This document shows, one piece after another, positions 38,032 through 47,391 of a DNA stretch of 64,000 nucleotides. How positions within the stretch are numbered: the stretch's first letter is position 1; each line of letters begins with the position of its first letter. The position numbers were made by a program, and so were the translations under genes. Location of the stretch: assembly GCA_043800705.1 (NCBI GenBank), contig JAZDMS010000021.1, positions 21,527 through 85,526 on the forward strand. The letters run 5' to 3'. The notes beneath the pieces were generated by a model. That model ran no database searches. It saw only the letters and a list, made by a program, of their open reading frames with translations, and was not told the origin of the DNA. This stretch comes from Candidatus Altiarchaeota archaeon. GTDB taxonomy: Archaea; Altiarchaeota; Altiarchaeia; IMC4; SCGC-AAA252-I15.

Positions 38032-38927
38032 TGTTGGACCTTCTGAGACGCAGGGGCGCTTTCGCTGGGGCGGCTTATGCGGTCTTCGGGGTTCTGGCTC
38101 AGGCTGCCCTAGCCTACGGCCATCCCCCGGGGCTGGACATCTCGTCTGCTTTCATTCTCATCTTTGCGCCGCTAAACCTTACGATGGCCGTCTTAATGTT
38201 CGCGTTGACTTTGCCGTTCCGATTTGTTGGATTAGACAGAGTTGCGGAAATGCTGTTTCCCGCCGTTTACCCTGCGAACTTCATCTTATGGGCGGTTATC
38301 GGGGACTTCTTTGAACGCAAGACATCTCTGAAAATATCCCGACGTATCATACCATTCATCGTCTCGGCTTTGGCCATATCCTACAATGTCGGGTCAGGCT
38401 GCGTTTCATGCCATTATAACGTCTTTCTTGGGTCGTTTTTCGTGGCGCTGGCGGCATGGGTCATCTGGTCCGAATTGACGGTGCCGGTGGTGTTCTTCCA
38501 TCTGATGATTTTCCTGGTCATATCCCAGCTTGGGATATTCGGCTGCTCTTGCGGACCTATGATAGCAAATTCTTATGGGTTTGTTAAAATCAAGCCTGTA
38601 TTGCCGGCGACTGGTATGAACAGTGGAGGGAACATCTCTGTGATCATGACAAACGGTGTCGGGGGGAATGTCTCGATCGATGCTGAGGGGATAGTATTGG
38701 CTGATCTTGTCAGCGGCGGAAACTGCTCCGGGGTCCGGTTGACTGTGTCTGAAGGACGGGAGGATGCTATACCGCCGGGCACCAACGTTGGGATAGATGC
38801 AAAATGCCCGCCATTGCCGGCAGGTGACATCTACAAAATTAGATTTACAATCCCATACGAGGCCGCAATCAACGGGAAGACGGAGAAAAGAACGGAATCC
38901 GGGACTATAAGTGGGCCGGTGGAGTGA
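38028..38927 (+). CDS. Multi-TM protein with a pilin-like C-terminal domain (intact paralogue)
   Basis: RGAFAGAAY, ISQLGIF, GFVKIKP, TNGVG and ESGTISGPVE. Confidence 0.8.
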   Translation: MMLDLLRRRGAFAGAAYAVFGVLAQAALAYGHPPGLDISSAFILIFAPLNLTMAVLMFALTLPFRFVGLDRVAEMLFPAVYPANFILWAVIGDFFERKTSLKISRRIIPFIVSALAISYNVGSGCVSCHYNVFLGSFFVALAAWVIWSELTVPVVFFHLMIFLVISQLGIFGCSCGPMIANSYGFVKIKPVLPATGMNSGGNISVIMTNGVGGNVSIDAEGIVLADLVSGGNCSGVRLTVSEGREDAIPPGTNVGIDAKCPPLPAGDIYKIRFTIPYEAAINGKTEKRTESGTISGPVE

Positions 38928-38928
38928 G

Positions 38929-39999
38929 CTATTTTTTCCCCTTCCTCTGCGTTTTCAGATCGTCGTAGAGTTCCTTTCCCTTGTCTGCGGAAAGGGGTAT
39001 CAGCTCGTCCATGCCGAGTGTTAGTTTGTGTTTCGATCCCTGCTTCGCCCCCCTTGCCGTCAGGGTCTTCTCCACCATGGGGGTGACGATGTTCCTGTAG
39101 GTGTTCCATTCGGGGGCGAACTTCATCTCGAGGCCGCAGTCCTTAGAGAGCCTTTGTATGAGGACGTATGGGCTGAGGTGTTCTAGGAAGTCCGAGACCA
39201 GGTTCACGTATTCGTCGAATCCGAGGCTCTTGTAGGCGCCGGTCTGCCACATGTTGGCGAGGCGGGTGTCCTTCATGACGACGAGGGGGTAGAGCTTTAT
39301 CGCGTCTACTCCGATCGCGGATATTATCCTCGCGGTCTCCATCATCTCGTCTTGGGATTCCCCCGGCATGCCGAGTATTATGAAGGCGAGCAGGGGGATG
39401 TCCCTTGCGTGGCATTCGTCGGTTGCCCTTATGAGCTCGGCGAGGCCGTGCTGCCTGTTGGTCTCCCTGAGGGTGTGCTGGTGGACGGTCTGCTGGCCTG
39501 CCTCGACCCAGACCTCGTACCCTGATTTTTTGTATTCGGCGAGCAGGTCCAGGACTTCGTCGGGGAGGCAGTCCGGCCTGGTGCCCACAGTGAATCCGAG
39601 AATGTCCTTGTTTGCCTTGACGGTCTCGTCGAATATCCTCCTTAGCTTGTCCAACGGGGCGTATGTGTTCGTCCCGAACGCTATGTATACGAGGCCTTTC
39701 TCCCCTGCGCCCATCTCCTGATAGTGGGCTACCATCGCGTTAATCTGTTCGGTGAATCCCTTGTCTATGACCTCCCTGAAGGCCGGATACGTGAACTGTT
39801 TAGCCTGGCTGGGGCAGAATATGCACCCGTTCTCTGAGAGGCGGCCGTCCCAGTTGGGGCAGACGAAGGCCGCATTCAGCGGAACCTTGAATATCCTGTA
39901 ACCGTGAATCTTACGCTCATACTGGCCGTATGCGCTGTACAGTAGGCCCTCACGATAGAGGCCGTCGACGACGGATTTGTCGATTATCTGCTTGATCAT
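38929..39999 (-). CDS. TIGR01212 (YhcC-like) radical SAM protein
   Basis: CPNWDG...GCIFC, TNTYA, GTRPDCL and ILGMPGE. Confidence 0.9.
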   Translation of the reverse strand: MIKQIIDKSVVDGLYREGLLYSAYGQYERKIHGYRIFKVPLNAAFVCPNWDGRLSENGCIFCPSQAKQFTYPAFREVIDKGFTEQINAMVAHYQEMGAGEKGLVYIAFGTNTYAPLDKLRRIFDETVKANKDILGFTVGTRPDCLPDEVLDLLAEYKKSGYEVWVEAGQQTVHQHTLRETNRQHGLAELIRATDECHARDIPLLAFIILGMPGESQDEMMETARIISAIGVDAIKLYPLVVMKDTRLANMWQTGAYKSLGFDEYVNLVSDFLEHLSPYVLIQRLSKDCGLEMKFAPEWNTYRNIVTPMVEKTLTARGAKQGSKHKLTLGMDELIPLSADKGKELYDDLKTQRKGKK

Positions 40000-40103
40000 C
40001 GGATTAGGTACTAGCTCTTTGTCGTTTATATTCCCCACCAACCAGATAATACCCGATATTGAGTAGAACATCATTTTTAAGTAGTAAGTCTTATAGTTGT
40101 CTG

Positions 40104-40724
40104 ATGTTGGACGCGGCCTTGGAGGAACTCAGGAAAGGCAGGATGATTTTACTGCACGATTCCAGCGACAGGGAGAACGAGGTGGATATAGTCATCAACG
40201 GCCCGTTTACGACCCCTGAGACCATCCGGACGATGAGGAAGGACGCCGGCGGCCTCATATGCCTGGCAATCAGCAGGGAGAACGCATCCAGGCTCTCCCT
40301 CCCATACATGACGGACCTGATGTCGGCGTCCAACGATACAGTCCGAAGGCTCATCCCGGAGCGCACGGCCTACGGCGACAAGCCCGCGTTCTCGCTGTCC
40401 ATCAACCATAGAAAGACATACACGGGCATCACCGACAACGACAGGGCCCTGACAATCACGGAGTTCGCGAAGACCGAAAACCGAAAACTGCTGACTGAAA
40501 ACTTTTATGCGCCGGGCCACGTCCACCTGCTCATCGCAAAGACGCTGAAGGAGCGCAAGGGCCACACTGAACTGTCCATCGAGCTGGCGAAGAGGGGGGG
40601 ACTCAACGAGACGATGGTGCTCTGCGAGATGATGGCCGACGACCACAATGCGCTCTCGTTCGATGGGGCAAAGGCGTACGCGAAAAAGCACGGCCTGCTC
40701 ATGGTCGACGGAGGGGAGCTGTGA
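40104..40724 (+). CDS. ribB: 3,4-dihydroxy-2-butanone-4-phosphate synthase
   Basis: DRENEVD, GGLIC, TGITDNDR, PGHV, GHTE and CEMM. Confidence 0.95.
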   Translation: MLDAALEELRKGRMILLHDSSDRENEVDIVINGPFTTPETIRTMRKDAGGLICLAISRENASRLSLPYMTDLMSASNDTVRRLIPERTAYGDKPAFSLSINHRKTYTGITDNDRALTITEFAKTENRKLLTENFYAPGHVHLLIAKTLKERKGHTELSIELAKRGGLNETMVLCEMMADDHNALSFDGAKAYAKKHGLLMVDGGEL

Positions 40725-41179
40725 GGATCGGCGTCGTCGACACGACGTTCGCGAGGGCGGACATGGGGAAAATAGTCGTCAACGAGATACGGGACAGCTT
40801 CGGCGACATCGTCGTCGTGAGGAGGACAGTGCCGGGAGTAAAGGACCTGCCCGTCGAATGCCTGAACCTCCTATCGGAATGCGACATAGTCGTCGCATGC
40901 GGGATGCCCGGCGCTCAGGAGATGGACAAGGTCTGCGCCCACGAGGCCTCGACCGGCCTCATACAGGCGCAGCTGATGACAGGCAAGCACATCATAGAGG
41001 CCTTCGTCCATGAGGATGAGGAGACCGAAGACAGAGGACTGAAGACCTTGGTTGAGGACAGGTGCCGAAAGCACGCCAGGAACGCGGTGATGCTCCTCAA
41101 GGATCCGGCCTGGTTCACGAGGAACGCGGGCAGGGGGATGAGGCAGGGAAGGGACGACGCAGGATCATTATATCTTTGA
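40721..41179 (+). CDS. ribC: Archaeal-type riboflavin synthase
   Basis: IGVVDTTFAR, TVPGVKDLP, HEAS, FVHEDE and RQG. Confidence 0.95.
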   Translation: MRIGVVDTTFARADMGKIVVNEIRDSFGDIVVVRRTVPGVKDLPVECLNLLSECDIVVACGMPGAQEMDKVCAHEASTGLIQAQLMTGKHIIEAFVHEDEETEDRGLKTLVEDRCRKHARNAVMLLKDPAWFTRNAGRGMRQGRDDAGSLYL

Positions 41180-41195
41180 AAGAGGTGCAACGTAT

Positions 41196-41645
41196 ATGGA
41201 CAAAGTGAGGTTGGGCTTCGTGGTCGGCGAATTCAACGCAGACATAACGCAGCTGATGATGGAAAGGGCTAAGGCGCATGCGGATTTCCTCGAGTGCGAG
41301 GTGACCCACATAGTCAGGGTCCCGGGGGCATTCGACATCCCGTACGCAATCAAGGGGCTGATGGAACGCGACGACGTCGACGCAGTGGTCGCATTGGGGG
41401 CCGTCTTGGAGGGGGACACCGACCATGACCAGGTCGTCGCACAGCATGCGGCGAGGAAGATGATGGACCTGTCGCTGGAATACGGCAAGGCCGTGGGCCT
41501 GGGGATCTCAGGACCGGGTATGAGCCGGGCGCAGGGACAGGCCAGGATAGACGACTACGCCCGCCGGGGCGTGGAGTCGGCTGTCAAGCTGACCAGGAGG
41601 ATGCATGAGCTCAGGAAGAAGAACGCACCCCAGGTGATAGGGTGA
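41196..41645 (+). CDS. ribH: 6,7-dimethyl-8-ribityllumazine synthase
   Basis: EFN, VPGAFDIP and LGAVLEGDTDH. Confidence 0.95.
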   Translation: MDKVRLGFVVGEFNADITQLMMERAKAHADFLECEVTHIVRVPGAFDIPYAIKGLMERDDVDAVVALGAVLEGDTDHDQVVAQHAARKMMDLSLEYGKAVGLGISGPGMSRAQGQARIDDYARRGVESAVKLTRRMHELRKKNAPQVIG

Positions 41646-42286
41646 GGAAGAAGGCCAAGAAAGCCGACGCCTCGTGCAGAGGGCATGTGATGTCCCGGCC
41701 TGCGGCTAGGATAGTCGCATCTTCGCAGGATGCGGCGCTTCCGACGATGTTCGGCAGCTTCAGTGCGAAGGCCTTCCGGGACCAGGACGGCAGGGAGCAT
41801 CTGGCAGTCTACAAGGGCGACATCGCCTCGAAGGACGTGCCAGTCAGGCTGCATTCGCAGTGCACGACGGGGGACATATTCCACAGCCTGCGCTGCGACT
41901 GCGGGCAGCAGCTGGAAATGGCCTTGAACCACATCGAACGCAAAGGCAAGGGAGCGGTCATCTACCTGGCGCAGGAGGGCCGCGGCATAGGCCTCCTGAA
42001 CAAGATCAACGCCTACGTGCTGCAGGAGAGGGGCCTTGACACCGTCGAAGCCAACGAGATGCTCGGCTTCGCGTCCGACGGCCGCGGCTACGCCGAAGCC
42101 GCTGAGATCCTGAGGATCCTCGGAATCAGGTCGGTTAGGCTGATGACCAACAACCCGCAGAAGATCAATGACCTTTCGTGCCACGGCATCGAAGTCGCCG
42201 GCCGCATACCCGTTAGGGTCAAGCCCAACAGGGTCAACAGGAGGTACATGCAGACGAAGAAGACGAAGATGAACCATTTCCTATGA
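41642..42286 (+). CDS. ribA: GTP cyclohydrolase II
   Basis: VRLHSQCTTGD, RCDCG, QEGRGIGL and LMTNNP; the start may be further downstream. Confidence 0.95.
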   Translation: MRKKAKKADASCRGHVMSRPAARIVASSQDAALPTMFGSFSAKAFRDQDGREHLAVYKGDIASKDVPVRLHSQCTTGDIFHSLRCDCGQQLEMALNHIERKGKGAVIYLAQEGRGIGLLNKINAYVLQERGLDTVEANEMLGFASDGRGYAEAAEILRILGIRSVRLMTNNPQKINDLSCHGIEVAGRIPVRVKPNRVNRRYMQTKKTKMNHFL

Positions 42287-43341
42287 AAGACGAGGATTAT
42301 ATGAGGCGTGCGCTCGAGCTCTCACTCCGGGGCAACCCCTCGCCCAACCCCTACGTCGGCGCTGTCATCGTCAAGGACGGGGAGATCATATCCGAAGGGT
42401 ATCACCATATGGCCGGGATGGCCCACGCCGAAGTCGAGGCCATGAGGGGGGCCGACGCAAAAGGCGCCACGCTCTACGCCACATTGGAGCCGTGCAGCCA
42501 CTTCGGCCGCACGCCGCCGTGCACGAAGGCCATAATCGCCGCAGGGCTCGCCGAGGTCGTATACGCCGTCGACGACCCGACGGAGAAGGTGAAGGGGAGG
42601 GAGGAGCTGGAGGCCGCGGGGGTGAAGGTCAGGAGCGGGCTCCTGGCGAAGGAGTGCGAACGAGTCAACGAGGTCTTCTTCCACTATTCCAGGACCGGCA
42701 GGCCGTTCGTCCTATTGAAGGCCGCGATGTCCGCGGACGGGCAGATAGCCTCTAAGACGGGACAGAGCAAGTGGGTGACAGGCGACGAGACGAGGAAGCT
42801 GGTCCATGTCATCCGCAGCAGGTACGACGCCATACTCGTCGGGATAAACACCGTATTGAAGGACGACCCGGAATTGACGGCAAGGGTCGTAGGCGGAAGG
42901 GACCCTTTGAGGGTGATACTTGACAGCATGCTCAGGACCCCGGAAGACGCCAAGGTCCTCCGGGACAACAACGTGATAATCGCCACGACGGACGGGGCCG
43001 ACACCTCGCGCCTCGAGGCCCTTGAGAGGAAGGCCACAGTCTGGGCGGTCGGAAGGCAGGAGGTAGACCTCGTCAGACTGATGGAGAAGCTCGGGAAGAA
43101 GGGCGTGACGTCTGTGCTCATCGAAGGCGGGGCGACGGTGAACTATGCCGCCGTCAAGGCCGGCATAGTCGACAAGTTCATGCTCTGCATGGCGCCGAAG
43201 CTGATGCTCGGGGAGAACACGCCGGCGTTCAGGGGAGAGGGGATAGAGGCGCTGGATAATGCCTTGAAGCTAAGGTTCGAGTCAGTGACCAAAGTCGGCG
43301 ACGACCTTGTGATAGAGGCCTATCCGTTTATACATGGATGA
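42283..43341 (+). CDS. ribD: Bifunctional deaminase/reductase RibD
   Basis: PNPYVG, HAE, LEPCSHFGRTPPC, DDPELTAR and IEGG. Confidence 0.95.
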   Translation: MKDEDYMRRALELSLRGNPSPNPYVGAVIVKDGEIISEGYHHMAGMAHAEVEAMRGADAKGATLYATLEPCSHFGRTPPCTKAIIAAGLAEVVYAVDDPTEKVKGREELEAAGVKVRSGLLAKECERVNEVFFHYSRTGRPFVLLKAAMSADGQIASKTGQSKWVTGDETRKLVHVIRSRYDAILVGINTVLKDDPELTARVVGGRDPLRVILDSMLRTPEDAKVLRDNNVIIATTDGADTSRLEALERKATVWAVGRQEVDLVRLMEKLGKKGVTSVLIEGGATVNYAAVKAGIVDKFMLCMAPKLMLGENTPAFRGEGIEALDNALKLRFESVTKVGDDLVIEAYPFIHG

Positions 43342-43366
43342 TATATTGTCCATATCAGGTGATTTC

Positions 43367-43651
43367 ATGGATGTTGAGTCTGTCAGATTGGGCGAGCGCG
43401 GCCAGGTGGTCATACCCCAGGATTTCCGCAGGGAGTTGAGGCTGCGTGGCGGGGATAAGATGCTGGCTGTGCTTGCCGACAACAAGATTGTGCTGGAGGC
43501 CATGAGGGATGTCAAGTCGGAGTCGATGGGACAGCTCAAGGAGGACGTGGCGGACCTCAAGGTCTGCGCTAGTTTCTGGGAGGATGTGAAAGCCGGCAGG
43601 GTCATCAGGCAAAGCGGGGAGGAATTCCTGCGCGAGCTCGAGAAATTGTAG
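43367..43651 (+). CDS. AbrB/MazE/SpoVT-family DNA-binding protein (antitoxin-like)
   Basis: ERGQVVIPQDFRRELRL; GGTGA RBS before the ATG at 43367. Confidence 0.85.
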   Translation: MDVESVRLGERGQVVIPQDFRRELRLRGGDKMLAVLADNKIVLEAMRDVKSESMGQLKEDVADLKVCASFWEDVKAGRVIRQSGEEFLRELEKL

Positions 43652-43958
43652 AGATAGTGCGGAAGCCGGCATTCGAACAGGGTATACGACAGAAAATAGA
43701 TTGGAGGAAACGTTTCTGGCAACGAATGAACTCCTTGGGCGGGATGCGCCGAAGTCATGCGGATCCGCTCTGGTCTCGTGAGGTGACAGGACCGCTCATT
43801 GACGCACCCCGCCGGGGTTTGGGGTTTATTCACTGTCTCTTCCCCCCCTGGTTGGTGTGATGGATAATAATTCTGCCAGGCGGCACATAAGGTTTCCTAC
43901 CTGGTTTTTGCATCCGATGTGGCAGGCTTTTTTTAACATAAGACGTATTCGATAGTGG

Positions 43959-45473
43959 ATGACCCGCGCAGGCACGCATCACAGGCGCCACAGAAAGGAC
44001 ATAGGCAAGGACGTCATACTCGTCCTCGGCATGGCGGCCGTATTGGTCGTCCTCGTATGGATCATCGCCAAGTCCGCAGGCGGCAAAGACATCGCCAAGG
44101 CAAACGTCTCCGGATCCTCGGCGGCCAACGCCACCGCCAGGCAGCCCGCGGTCGCAGGCCAGTTCTACCCGTCGGACAAGGAGGAGCTTTCGGCAACGGT
44201 CGAGTCGCTCCTGAAGGAGGCTCCCGACTACCCCGACGTCTGGGGGGTCAGGGGGCTCATCGCACCCCACGCCGGATACCAGTATTCAGGCTCCACTGCG
44301 GCCTACGGATACAGGCAGCTTAGGATGAGCAGGTACGGGACCGTCATCGTGATGGGCCCAAGCCATAGGGTCTACCTCGACAAAGCCTACATACCGGACG
44401 CAGACTACTACGAGACCCCCCTAGGGAGGGTTCCCATCTCCCCGAAGGCGAAGGAGATGATGAAGGAGGGCATCTTCGCATCGAAGCCCGACGGACAGGA
44501 CTCCAGGGAACACAGCATCGAAGTGCAGGTGCCGTTCCTCCAGAAGGTCCTCCCCCCGTTTCAGATCATCCCCATCATGGTCGGCGACGTCGACCCTGAC
44601 AGGCTGGCGGACGTCCTTGACAGATACGCGGACGACGACACCCTCATCGTCGCGTCATCGGACCTGTCGCATTATCTGACCTACGATGAGTGCGCAAAGA
44701 GGGACAGGGCAACGGTCGGCGCCATGCTGGAGATGGAACCGGACAGGATCGGCCAAGGCGACGCATGCGGGCAGATACCGGTCCAAGCCCTCCTGATGCT
44801 GGCGAAGAAGAGGGGTTGGAGGAGCCGCCCGTTCGACATGACAAACAGCGGAGACACGACGGGAGACAACGGCAGCGTCGTCGGCTACGCCTCGATAGGC
44901 TTCTATGACGGTCTGACCCCTGCGGAGGATCAGATGCTCCTGGATATCGCCCAAAAGACGCTCGAAAGCAGATTCGCCGGAGGGCATCTGACCGTAGACG
45001 AGGGGAAGCTGCCTCCGAAGCTGCTCGAGAAAAGGGGCTGCTTCGTTACGCTGAACAAGGGCGGACAGCTTAGAGGATGCGTCGGCAGCCTGAGCGCGCA
45101 GGACAAGCTGTACAGGTGCGTGCAGTCGAACGCGGTCAACGCAGCCCTCAACGACGGCAGATTCGACCCGGTAGTGAATGATGAGCTTCGCGACATAAGG
45201 ATCGAGGTGTCGGTGCTGACGGAGCCGCTGCCGCTTGCGCATTCGAGCCCCGAGGACCTGAAGGCGAAACTCATCCCCAAGGTCGACGGAGTCATCCTGC
45301 GAAGCGGGGAGAGGCAGTCCACGTATCTGCCAGTGGTCTGGGAACAGCTGCCGGAAAAGGAGGATTTCCTGAGCCAGCTGTGCCTGAAGCAGGGCAGCCC
45401 CGGGGACTGCTGGAAGAGCGCGGAAATATACACGTATCAGGCGCAGGAGTTCCACCAGGACGGATTCAGATAA
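43959..45473 (+). CDS. AmmeMemoRadiSam protein B + protein A fusion with an N-terminal TM
   Basis: RQPAVAGQFYP, PHAGY, EHSIEVQ, SSDLSHY (Memo domain); LRGCVG, IEVSVLT, TYLP (AMMECR1 domain). Confidence 0.92.
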   Translation: MTRAGTHHRRHRKDIGKDVILVLGMAAVLVVLVWIIAKSAGGKDIAKANVSGSSAANATARQPAVAGQFYPSDKEELSATVESLLKEAPDYPDVWGVRGLIAPHAGYQYSGSTAAYGYRQLRMSRYGTVIVMGPSHRVYLDKAYIPDADYYETPLGRVPISPKAKEMMKEGIFASKPDGQDSREHSIEVQVPFLQKVLPPFQIIPIMVGDVDPDRLADVLDRYADDDTLIVASSDLSHYLTYDECAKRDRATVGAMLEMEPDRIGQGDACGQIPVQALLMLAKKRGWRSRPFDMTNSGDTTGDNGSVVGYASIGFYDGLTPAEDQMLLDIAQKTLESRFAGGHLTVDEGKLPPKLLEKRGCFVTLNKGGQLRGCVGSLSAQDKLYRCVQSNAVNAALNDGRFDPVVNDELRDIRIEVSVLTEPLPLAHSSPEDLKAKLIPKVDGVILRSGERQSTYLPVVWEQLPEKEDFLSQLCLKQGSPGDCWKSAEIYTYQAQEFHQDGFR

Positions 45474-45476
45474 CGC

Positions 45477-45980
45477 TCACTGTCGGGGGATATAGTCTTT
45501 TCCCCTTGCGAAATCCTTCAGGTTGTTCATGTACACAGTCGTGGCAGAACTCGATGACATGGGGCGGACGAACGACTCCATCGTGACCAATGTGAGTGTC
45601 TTTTCCGGCAGGCCGGATTCCGCCAACGCCTTCAGAACCCTAAAGACCGGCTGTGACCCGTCCGTGGCGTCGGCGCCCAGCACGCCGCTCTGTGGAGAGT
45701 GCACGTAAAGAAGCGTCACATCCGCTCCCGCCTTAGCCAGGTAGCCTATGACCAGGCCATATTGGTCCGTTTCCCCCTGAATCGCCTCTTTAGGATTCTG
45801 GTCGGTTGCCGCCACAGACCTGGCCTTCCCTGTCGAACGGTCCAGGACGAACTTTACTTTGCCGGAGTCGACTGCCAGGGCCTGCTGAACAGCAGCCTTG
45901 ACGTTCGCCCTGAAATCTTCAGCGGCCAGCAGGCCAGGGACCGGATGCTCGGCCTGTGCCCGCCTCTGAGAATATGGCAT
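45477..45980 (-). CDS. Hypothetical protein
   Basis: Fills the intergenic gap; ATG lies downstream of a TATA-like box; no recognised motif. Confidence 0.5.
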   Translation of the reverse strand: MPYSQRRAQAEHPVPGLLAAEDFRANVKAAVQQALAVDSGKVKFVLDRSTGKARSVAATDQNPKEAIQGETDQYGLVIGYLAKAGADVTLLYVHSPQSGVLGADATDGSQPVFRVLKALAESGLPEKTLTLVTMESFVRPMSSSSATTVYMNNLKDFARGKDYIPRQ

Positions 45981-46082
45981 GTAAGGTATAAGGCGGCCTG
46001 TGGATTTATATGGCTGCGTCCTTGGATCCCCCCTGTGTCGGCAGCAGCACATGCAGGCCCAGGGGGTCCGCTTTGTCCCGGC

Positions 46083-47228
46083 TCAGGTTACGCATGCAGC
46101 GGGGGCGTCGCCCGGGACCGATGTGAGGTTCGTTTCGCATCCTGCGAAACCCGGATTGTAGGCGCAGTAACCGGCCTTGACAGCCTCCGCAGTTACGGCG
46201 TTGAAGGGGTATTTGTTGTTGACGTACCATGTCGGGCTGCCTGCGACCTTCAGGTCCTTGGCCAGTTTGAGGTTCCTCTGAAGGAGGCCTTTGCCTTCTT
46301 CGCCTTCGGCGCATTTTCCAACCAGGTCCGCGTCCATTCCGCTGGCTGTGGCGCAATTTCGCCAGTCTCCGTCCATGTCGGCGTTTCTGCACCATATGTA
46401 GTCCATGTACTTGTGGTTGTCCGGGTAGTTCTTGAAGGCGCAGATGCCCCGGAGGTCGTCGTCGACCTCATCCTGTCCGTGGAGGCTGGAGAATCCGCCG
46501 ACGTAGTCGGCGATGTAGTTCACCCTGAAATCCACCCCTTCGAGGGCCGGCAGGACTTCCTTCATAGCATCCAGCGCCATGATGCCGTATGGGCAGCGGC
46601 TCATCACGAACAGCTCAAGCCGGCCTTTCATCTCCCGTCTGCAGCTCGGGCGGCCGTAGCACCTTTCCTCTATGCAGTGCAGGTATGTGGCGTCGCAGTA
46701 CGGGTCCCATGAGGATTCGACATTCAGGCTCAGATAGGGGCCGGCCTCGGAGAGGTATCTTTCCAGGACGGAATGATTCTTATGCGCCTTTATCCCGGGC
46801 TCGAAGAGTACGGCGGGCAGGTACCTGACCCCCGACGCGTTGTATAGCCCATCGCCGTCCGGGGAGTCGACGTCGAGCCTTAGAAATGACGCGCCAGGCA
46901 GGATCTCCAGAAGCGGCTGCTCGAACCTGCGCGTGTCGCATGCGAGGCACCTGCGGTCGTTGAGGATGATGACGGGTATGCGTGGGGGCGCTGCCGTGGA
47001 CGACGAGGCCGGATCAGGATGGGCGGCCGGCAGGCCCTCCTCGATGGACTCGGGAGCGCCCAGCCAGATTATCAGGGACGAGATGATGATGATGCCCAGG
47101 ACGAGTATGATGTGTACGTTGATATTCTCGGGCGCCGGGTCTGCAGCGTCGTTCGTCTGTGCCCCGCATGCCTTGCAGTATGATGCGGCAAGGCTGATTT
47201 CGGCTCCGCATCGGAGGCAGGCTGGCAT
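46083..47228 (-). CDS. Zinc-ribbon + TM + thioredoxin-like (DsbA/GILT-like) protein
   Basis: N-terminal CxxC...CxxC, TM, LELFVMSRCPYG, SLHG and GSPT. Confidence 0.75.
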   Translation of the reverse strand: MPACLRCGAEISLAASYCKACGAQTNDAADPAPENINVHIILVLGIIIISSLIIWLGAPESIEEGLPAAHPDPASSSTAAPPRIPVIILNDRRCLACDTRRFEQPLLEILPGASFLRLDVDSPDGDGLYNASGVRYLPAVLFEPGIKAHKNHSVLERYLSEAGPYLSLNVESSWDPYCDATYLHCIEERCYGRPSCRREMKGRLELFVMSRCPYGIMALDAMKEVLPALEGVDFRVNYIADYVGGFSSLHGQDEVDDDLRGICAFKNYPDNHKYMDYIWCRNADMDGDWRNCATASGMDADLVGKCAEGEEGKGLLQRNLKLAKDLKVAGSPTWYVNNKYPFNAVTAEAVKAGYCAYNPGFAGCETNLTSVPGDAPAACVT

Positions 47229-47250
47229 CGGATAAATACAGGCAGCACCG

Positions 47251-47388
47251 CTATATAACGTCTTTCGGCCCCGCCCGCATCCTGTTCGCTAATTCTCCGA
47301 ATTGTCTGGCCAGTTCCGGCAGCTTCTCGGGGCCGAATAGCAGGAATGCCGCCGCCAGCACCGCCATGATCTCCGTGTTTCCGAGCAT
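47251..47388 (-). CDS. tatA: TatA/TatB-family subunit (not in the ORF track)
   Basis: Manual translation: MLGNTEIMAVLAAAFLLFGPEKLPELARQFG. Confidence 0.9.
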   Translation of the reverse strand: MLGNTEIMAVLAAAFLLFGPEKLPELARQFGELANRMRAGPKDVI

Positions 47389-47391
47389 CTT

